Below, in pieces: positions 58,484 to 64,000 of a stretch of 64,000 bases of DNA. Source of the stretch: Longimicrobiales bacterium. GTDB taxonomy: Bacteria; Gemmatimonadota; Gemmatimonadetes; Longimicrobiales; Gaopeijiaceae. The DNA is taken from contig OZ242008.1 of assembly GCA_965204735.1 (NCBI GenBank), positions 3,904,001 through 3,968,000 of the forward strand, given 5' to 3'. The translations under genes and the position numbers were made by a program. Every line of letters begins with the position of its first letter. The stretch's first letter is position 1. Under the pieces are notes generated by a model. It was not told the DNA's origin, ran no database searches, and saw only the letters and a program-made list of their open reading frames with translations.

Positions 58484-59214
58484 GGGCTCATCCTACCGGT
58501 CGAAAGGTGCTCCAGCATCCCTTCGACGCCGGCGACGGCCATTTCGAAGACCCCGGAGGGAAGCGGGCCGTAGACGTGGCGGACCACCTGGCGCGCGTCG
58601 TGGGGCACGCCGTCGGCCAACGCTTGGCGGACCTGGGCGATGCGCTCCAGGCGGTGGCGTCGGAAGCGGGACACGGCGTCGGCGGGGTCCGACAGCGGAT
58701 CGCCGTGGCCGGGGTAGAGGACGCGGGCGCCCAGGGACTCCAGCCGGTCCAGCGAGGCCAAGTAGTCGGCGACGCCGCCTGGGTACTCGCCGATCCAGGT
58801 GGTGTCTCCCCGGCCCAGAACCAAGTCGCCGGTGAACGCGGCGCCGTGCTCCGGCAGGTAGTAGCAGTAGTGGCGCCTCGCGTGCCCCGGGGTGAAGACG
58901 GCGACGATCGGCCCCGCGCTCGTGTCGATCGCTGCGCCGTCCCCAGGGTCCAAGCCCTCCCCGGCGTCCGGCCGGTCGTCGAGGCGAGCCGTTCTTGCGC
59001 CGGCGCGACGGGCCAGCTCTTCCGCGCCCGCCGCGTGGTCGGGGTGGTCGTGGGTCAGCAGGATCGTCGCCCGTTCGGCGCCGTCCAGCGCGTCGGCGAT
59101 CGCGGAGAGGTGGGCGGGGTCGGCAGGCCCCGGGTCGATCACGGCGACCGGGTCGACGCCCACCAAGTAGGTGCGGGTGCCGTCGAGGGTGAAGGGGCCT
59201 GGGTTGGGCGCCAG
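58480..59214 (-). CDS. Metallo-beta-lactamase fold hydrolase (LACTB2-like)
   Basis: LAPNPGPFTLDGTRTY, IDPGP, THDHPDH, TPGHA, FTGD and PGHG. No standard start codon precedes the conserved N-terminus (CTG 59214 assumed). Confidence 0.85.
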   Translation of the reverse strand: MAPNPGPFTLDGTRTYLVGVDPVAVIDPGPADPAHLSAIADALDGAERATILLTHDHPDHAAGAEELARRAGARTARLDDRPDAGEGLDPGDGAAIDTSAGPIVAVFTPGHARRHYCYYLPEHGAAFTGDLVLGRGDTTWIGEYPGGVADYLASLDRLESLGARVLYPGHGDPLSDPADAVSRFRRHRLERIAQVRQALADGVPHDARQVVRHVYGPLPSGVFEMAVAGVEGMLEHLSTGRMSP

Positions 59215-59281
59215 GAGACAGCGGACTGCTCCGGCGGCGTCGGCGAGGCGCTCGCCGGCCGGCCCGGCCGCCCTTGAGGCG

Positions 59282-59752
59282 CTACCGGCGCTCGCGGGCG
59301 ATCTGCTCCGCCAACTTGTCGGCGATCATCTGGACCGCGACTTCGTCCTTGTCGTCGAACGCCGCTGGCTGGTACGAGTCGATGTCGATCTGGCCGAAGA
59401 TGCGGCTCCCCGCCCGGATGAGGACGACCAGCTCGGACTTCACGTCGTCGCTGCACGACAGATAGCCCTCGAAGGCGGTCACGTCGGGCACGTTCTGGTT
59501 GGCCCCGTGGGCCACCGCGGTTCCGCACACGCCCTGTCCCACGGGAATCTTGGCGTGCTCGGTCTGGGCGCCTACGTAGTTGTGCAGCCAGAGCTCGGCG
59601 CCTTCGGTGTCCAGAAGGTACACTCCCACCCAGTTGTTGCGGGCGTCGGCCTTGTAGAGCTTCTTCACGGCGTGGCGGAGGAGGGCGTCGGAGAGGTAGC
59701 CCTCGTCTCTCATTTCCTGGATCTCTTCAATGACGGAGCGGGCGTCGATCAT
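59282..59752 (-). CDS. GAF-domain free methionine-R-sulfoxide reductase-like protein (MsrC/YebR family)
   Basis: WVGVYL, IPVGQGVCGTA, VPDV...YLSC, SELVV and GQIDIDS. Confidence 0.82.
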   Translation of the reverse strand: MIDARSVIEEIQEMRDEGYLSDALLRHAVKKLYKADARNNWVGVYLLDTEGAELWLHNYVGAQTEHAKIPVGQGVCGTAVAHGANQNVPDVTAFEGYLSCSDDVKSELVVLIRAGSRIFGQIDIDSYQPAAFDDKDEVAVQMIADKLAEQIARERR

Positions 59753-59883
59753 GGGCTCTCCCGGCCGTGCGGGTTGCGATCAGGTGCGCTGCGGGGTCCG
59801 AATATAGCCAACTCTCCTCCGCCCGGAAGGCCCGGAAGACGATCTCGGGCACGCGCCCGGGGCGGGGCGACCGTCGCCGGCTC

Positions 59884-61008
59884 TCAATCTCTGGTGAAGT
59901 CCGCGTCGGCGTTCAGCGACCGGACGAACTCCGCCAGCAGCGCAGCGGCGGCGAAGAGGTCGGAGAGGGCGACAGTCTCGCTGGGCGAGTGCATGTAGCG
60001 GTTGGGCACCGACACGAGCCCGGTGGGGATGCCGCCCCGGGCCAGGTGGATCGCGTCGGCGTCGGTGGCGGTGCGCAGGGGCGCGGCCTGGATCGTGTAC
60101 GAGATGCCGGCGGCGTCGGCGGCCTCCGTCAGTCGGTCGAAGACGGCCGGGTGCGTGGAGGACCCTCGGGTCAGCACCGGGCCGCCCCCCAGCTCGTGCT
60201 CGCCCACCCGGGCCTTGTCCACGTCGGGAACGTCCGTGGCGTGGGTCACGTCCACCACCAGCGCCACGTCGGGGGCGAGGCCGAAGGCGCTGGCTCGGGC
60301 GCCGCCCCCCGAATAGCCGATCTCCTCCTGCGCCGTTGCCACCGCCACCGCCCCCGCTTCGCAAGGCCGGTCGGCCAAGATGCGCAGGGCTTCCAGCACC
60401 ACGAAGGCCCCGACCCGGTTGTCGATCGCCCGGCTCGCCACCTTGTCCCCCGCCAGCCGGACCATGCCTTGGTCGAGAACCGCGGGGTCGCCCACTCGCA
60501 CGCCCAGCTCGCCGAGTTCCTCCCGGCTGGAGGCGCCCACGTCGATCCACAGCTTCTTCGTCTCCGCGGCCTTCTTGCGGTCCGCCGCCGCCATGAGGTG
60601 GATCGCCTTGCGGCCGATCACCCCGATCACGTCGCCCCGCTGGGCGAGTATCCGCACGCGCTGGCCGACGAGCACCTGGGGATCCCATCCGCCGATCCCG
60701 GCGAAGCGGAGGAGGCCGCACTTCTCCGCGTGGGTGACCTGAAGGCCGATCTCGTCGATGTGACCTGCCATCAGCGCCAGGGGCCGCTTGCCGGCGCCCA
60801 CCGTCGCGCAGCTGTTGCCCACCACGTCGCTGCGGACTTCGGCGAAGGCTGCGGCTTCCTTGCGCCACGCCCGGGCCGGGCGGGACTCGAAGCCCGACGG
60901 GCCGGGGGCGTCCAGCAGCCGCTGGAGGAAGGAGATGTCGCGTTCGGCGTCGGGACTCGCCGAAGTGCGGGCGGCGTCTTCGTCGGCGTCGGAGTGTCGG
61001 GGCGTCAT
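59884..61008 (-). CDS. M42 family (TET) aminopeptidase
   Basis: PGPSGFE, GHIDEIG, GGWDP, IDNRVG, QEEIG, VDVTHA, TDAD and RYMHSPSE. Confidence 0.93.
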   Translation of the reverse strand: MTPRHSDADEDAARTSASPDAERDISFLQRLLDAPGPSGFESRPARAWRKEAAAFAEVRSDVVGNSCATVGAGKRPLALMAGHIDEIGLQVTHAEKCGLLRFAGIGGWDPQVLVGQRVRILAQRGDVIGVIGRKAIHLMAAADRKKAAETKKLWIDVGASSREELGELGVRVGDPAVLDQGMVRLAGDKVASRAIDNRVGAFVVLEALRILADRPCEAGAVAVATAQEEIGYSGGGARASAFGLAPDVALVVDVTHATDVPDVDKARVGEHELGGGPVLTRGSSTHPAVFDRLTEAADAAGISYTIQAAPLRTATDADAIHLARGGIPTGLVSVPNRYMHSPSETVALSDLFAAAALLAEFVRSLNADADFTRD

Positions 61009-61529
61009 TTGGCTTGCGGAGGATGGGTGCCCAGCTCTTGGCGAGGCCAGTCGTCGGGGGGCTCGTCGCCGGAGGATGCGCCTGCGCGGCTTCCCCCGGC
61101 CCCGCCGAACCCGCCAAACCCGCCGAACCCACCGGCTCCGAAGACGGCGACGCGCAGGTCGCCCTCCTCGATCCGGCGTTCCATCCGTCTCCGGAGGACG
61201 GCCTGCAACGCCCGTCGGGACATGGGCAAGATCAGGCTGAAGCCCAGAACGTCGGTCAGGATCCCCGGGGTCAGCAGCAGGGCGCCGCCCACGAGGATCG
61301 AGAGGCCGTCCAGGAGGGACCGCCCCGGCAACCTGCCCGTGGCCAACTCCTGCTGAACCGCGAGGAACGCTCGCAGGCCCTGCTGGCGAGCCAAGGCGGC
61401 GCCGGCGAACCCGGTCGCGACCACCAGGGCGACGGTGGGCCCAAGGCCGATCCACTGTCCCACCTGCAGGAGGAGGGCCAGTTCCAGCAGAGGCACGGCA
61501 ACGAACAGGAGGATCAGCCGGCTCAGCAA
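61005..61529 (-). CDS. fxsA: FxsA family membrane protein
   Basis: VPLLELALL, RQQG and GALLLTPGILTD. Confidence 0.92.
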   Translation of the reverse strand: MLSRLILLFVAVPLLELALLLQVGQWIGLGPTVALVVATGFAGAALARQQGLRAFLAVQQELATGRLPGRSLLDGLSILVGGALLLTPGILTDVLGFSLILPMSRRALQAVLRRRMERRIEEGDLRVAVFGAGGFGGFGGFGGAGGSRAGASSGDEPPDDWPRQELGTHPPQAK

Positions 61530-61671
61530 CGGGGTCGCTCCTTCGGAAGGGGGTCGGTCGCTCGGCGACTCGGCGACGGGGGAGGAAGTAACGTACTATC
61601 TTTCGTGCCCCGCCGGTTGCAGGTTCCATGTCTTCGGCGGCCCCTGCTCCTTTGGCACGGAGTCCCGTCGA

Positions 61672-62880
61672 ATGACGCAGACATACTTCCGCAAGGGCTT
61701 CGGGCTCAAGGCCCAGGTCAGGCCGGCGATCGACGCGGAGTACCAGTCGGCCGTGGTCGAGCGAATCCGCTCGCGAGGGTACGCCGACCGCTTCGGGGAC
61801 GTCGGGGTGCGCCTGGCGAAGGACTTCGGGTTCTGCTACGGGGTGGACCGAGCGGTGGACTACGCCTACGAGACCCGGCACCAATTCCCCGACAAGCGCG
61901 TCTTCCTGGTGGGCGAGATCATCCACAACCCCTACGTGAACCACCGCATGCGGGAGATGGGGATCGAGTTCGTCTACCCGACGGGCGGCGTCTTCGACTT
62001 CAGCGGCATCACGCAGGACGACGTGGTGATCATCCCGGCCTTCGGCGTCACGGTCCAGGACATGAAGACGCTGCGGGCGCTGGGCTGCGTCTTGGTCGAC
62101 ACGACCTGCGGCTCGGTGCTGCTGGTGTGGAAGCGAGTCGCGAGCTACGCGCGGGACGGATTCACGGCCGTGATCCACGGCAAGCACCTTCACGAGGAAT
62201 CCCGGGCCACCGCCAGTCAGGTGGAGCGGCACGAAGGCGGCCGCTACATCGTCGTGCGCGACATGGAGGAGGCGGAGCTGGTCGGCTCCTACATGACCAA
62301 CCGGCCCGACCGCCTGAGCCGGGAAGCGTTCCTGAAGCTCTTTGCGGGCCGGGTCTCGAAGGGCTTCGATCCGGACGCCGACCTGGACAAGGTCGGCGTG
62401 GCCAACCAGACGACGATGCTCGCCACCGAGTCGCTTGCGATCGGGGCTCGTCTCCGGGAGATGATCGCCGAGTCGCTGGGCGAGGACCACGCCGAGGAGC
62501 ACTTCCGGTCGTTCGGCACGATCTGCTCGGCGACGCAGGAGCGACAGGACGCGGTGCTGGAGATGATGCGGACTCCGCCGGACGTGATGATCGTGATCGG
62601 CGGCTACAACTCCTCCAACACCAACCACTTGGCCCACCTCTGCCGCCGATACGCCACCACGTACCACGTCGAGGATGCTGCGTGCATCGACGTCGACGCC
62701 GGAACGATCCGCCACAAGCCCGAGATCAGCGCGGACGCCCCCGAAGCCGTGGAGGTCGAGTGGCTCCCGCCCGCCCCGTTCGAGCTGGGGATCACCGCTG
62801 GCGCATCGACGCCCAACAACAAGATCGGCGAGGCGCTGCTGCGCATTCTGGAGATCCGCGGGATCGAAGTGGAGCTGTAG
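61672..62880 (+). CDS. ispH: 4-hydroxy-3-methylbut-2-enyl diphosphate reductase
   Basis: FGFCYGV, EIIHNP, DTTCGSV, HEE, NQTT, TICSATQERQ, GGYNSSNT and TAGASTP. Confidence 0.95.
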   Translation: MTQTYFRKGFGLKAQVRPAIDAEYQSAVVERIRSRGYADRFGDVGVRLAKDFGFCYGVDRAVDYAYETRHQFPDKRVFLVGEIIHNPYVNHRMREMGIEFVYPTGGVFDFSGITQDDVVIIPAFGVTVQDMKTLRALGCVLVDTTCGSVLLVWKRVASYARDGFTAVIHGKHLHEESRATASQVERHEGGRYIVVRDMEEAELVGSYMTNRPDRLSREAFLKLFAGRVSKGFDPDADLDKVGVANQTTMLATESLAIGARLREMIAESLGEDHAEEHFRSFGTICSATQERQDAVLEMMRTPPDVMIVIGGYNSSNTNHLAHLCRRYATTYHVEDAACIDVDAGTIRHKPEISADAPEAVEVEWLPPAPFELGITAGASTPNNKIGEALLRILEIRGIEVEL

Positions 62881-62901
62881 CTTACAGGGCGGCAAGCGGC
62901 G

Positions 62902-64000
62902 TCACGGACTCTCCGTCCAGTTGTTCAGGGCGTAGACTTGTCCGTTTTCGAACGCCGCGACCAACTCGTGGTCGGGCCACCGCGACTCGACGAGCGCGCC
63001 CATCGGCGCCGGGGGTGCGTCTTCTTTACACTTGATTCGTGGCATGTCGCCGTAAGTGGACGCGAACACGAACAGGTCGTTCGTGCCCGTCTGCTCCTTG
63101 GCCGACACCCGGTGAACAGACCAGTCGATCTCCGAGTCGGTTGCGATAGAGTACTCGCCTACGCCTCGATCGACCGAAAGGGCCGTCCCAATGTCCAATG
63201 CCACTCGCCTGTCGTTCCAGCAGGACGTGAAGTAGTCGCCCGGCCGCAACCGTTCGACGACCGCCAACGCGGCAACAGGCGGAAATTGGTTGTGCACGCG
63301 GCCGAGGCACCACCAGCTGGCGGGCGTCGAACACCTAACCGACGGACGGTAGTGCGCGATCCTGACCCCTGGCCTGGACGCCCACCAAGACGCGGCGCCG
63401 AGAACGAGCGCCAGCATACCCCACTGCAATACGCGCCGGCTTCGAGCAATCGCAATGCCCGGCCAGCGAGCGCCAGCCCGGACCGCGGCCCTTTCCACGA
63501 CGAGCGAAGCGCCGGTTCCCGCCAGGATCATCAGAACCAGCAGCGCCCACATCATCAGCCGGGAGGTCGGCAAGATCCGCAGCGCCAGCATCAGCAACCC
63601 GGCGGAAAGACCCAGCGCAAGCGGAAGGGTCGCCTTCCGCTTGCAGCTTCGACCAGCCGCAGCAACGCCAACCAGCACCAGCGCCATAAGTGCGCCACGG
63701 AACCACGCGGGAACGCCCATGTGCCAATGATGCCACATCACCTCCGGAAAGATTGCGAACCTCAACAGCTGCATGCGGAACGGTGGATAGTTCTGAAACT
63801 CGTTGAGCACCGTCCACACGTCGCGCATGCCCGTCGACACTTGGTACAGGATTCCGGCGACGACGGCCGCCGCCGCCAGCCCCGCGGCCGTTCTGGCCGC
63901 GAAGGAGCCCAGCCCGTCGCGACCGAAGTGACGCCATCGCGCCAGCGCCATCCAGGTCGCCGTGGTCGCGGCTGGAAACACCATGAGCGGGATGGTGTAC
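62902..64000 (-). CDS. Multi-pass membrane protein with C-terminal extracytoplasmic region (5' part outside window)
   Basis: Open frame reaching the window end, with several TM segments followed by a soluble tail. Function not identifiable. Confidence 0.55.
   Translation of the reverse strand, partial: YTIPLMVFPAATTATWMALARWRHFGRDGLGSFAARTAAGLAAAAVVAGILYQVSTGMRDVWTVLNEFQNYPPFRMQLLRFAIFPEVMWHHWHMGVPAWFRGALMALVLVGVAAAGRSCKRKATLPLALGLSAGLLMLALRILPTSRLMMWALLVLMILAGTGASLVVERAAVRAGARWPGIAIARSRRVLQWGMLALVLGAASWWASRPGVRIAHYRPSVRCSTPASWWCLGRVHNQFPPVAALAVVERLRPGDYFTSCWNDRRVALDIGTALSVDRGVGEYSIATDSEIDWSVHRVSAKEQTGTNDLFVFASTYGDMPRIKCKEDAPPAPMGALVESRWPDHELVAAFENGQVYALNNWTESP

Noticed and set aside
61653..61668. 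TGGCACGG upstream of ispH as a sigma54 promoter
   Set aside because: No TTGC at -12 and too close to the start codon.
1..64000. rRNA, tRNA, riboswitch, bona fide CRISPR array, intact IS or prophage
   Set aside because: None recognised by eye. Covariance-model searches were not run, so small RNAs could have been missed.

Overview
A very GC-rich bacterial chromosomal window, probably Gemmatimonadota (inferred from gene repertoire and protein style, not verified). It holds about 52 mostly housekeeping genes, many coupled by 4-nt start/stop overlaps. These include an M16B peptidase pair, a Nudix hydrolase, an ECF sigma/anti-sigma pair, holA-copA, mutS-TonB-CBS-ddl-amidase, a cusCBA-like efflux system, ETF-QO/CDGSH, mutY, a TAXI-TRAP transporter, an MshEN-type PilB/GspE ATPase, NSAR/OSBS, glcDE-glcF, an M42 peptidase, fxsA and ispH. 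Two accessory patches stand out. The first (~9.6-15.5 kb) is an AT-richer ABC-export island with an IS21 scar and a decayed ABC ATPase. The second (~29-32.6 kb) holds a GreA-C-terminal-domain fusion to a probable STY4851/DruH-like defence protein, an IS fragment and a broken beta-propeller gene. The best leads are: a sigma54-to-ECF cascade with an ECF promoter on the anti-sigma gene; a strongly promoted histone-like/Rok-like protein; a sigma54-linked unknown gene paired with an orphan MshEN-PilB-zinc-ribbon ATPase; the GreA-C/DruH-like chimera; and a CRISPR-like repeat-spacer-repeat without cas genes. I found no rRNA, tRNA or genuine CRISPR array. Family calls come from motif recognition by eye; no database searches were run.
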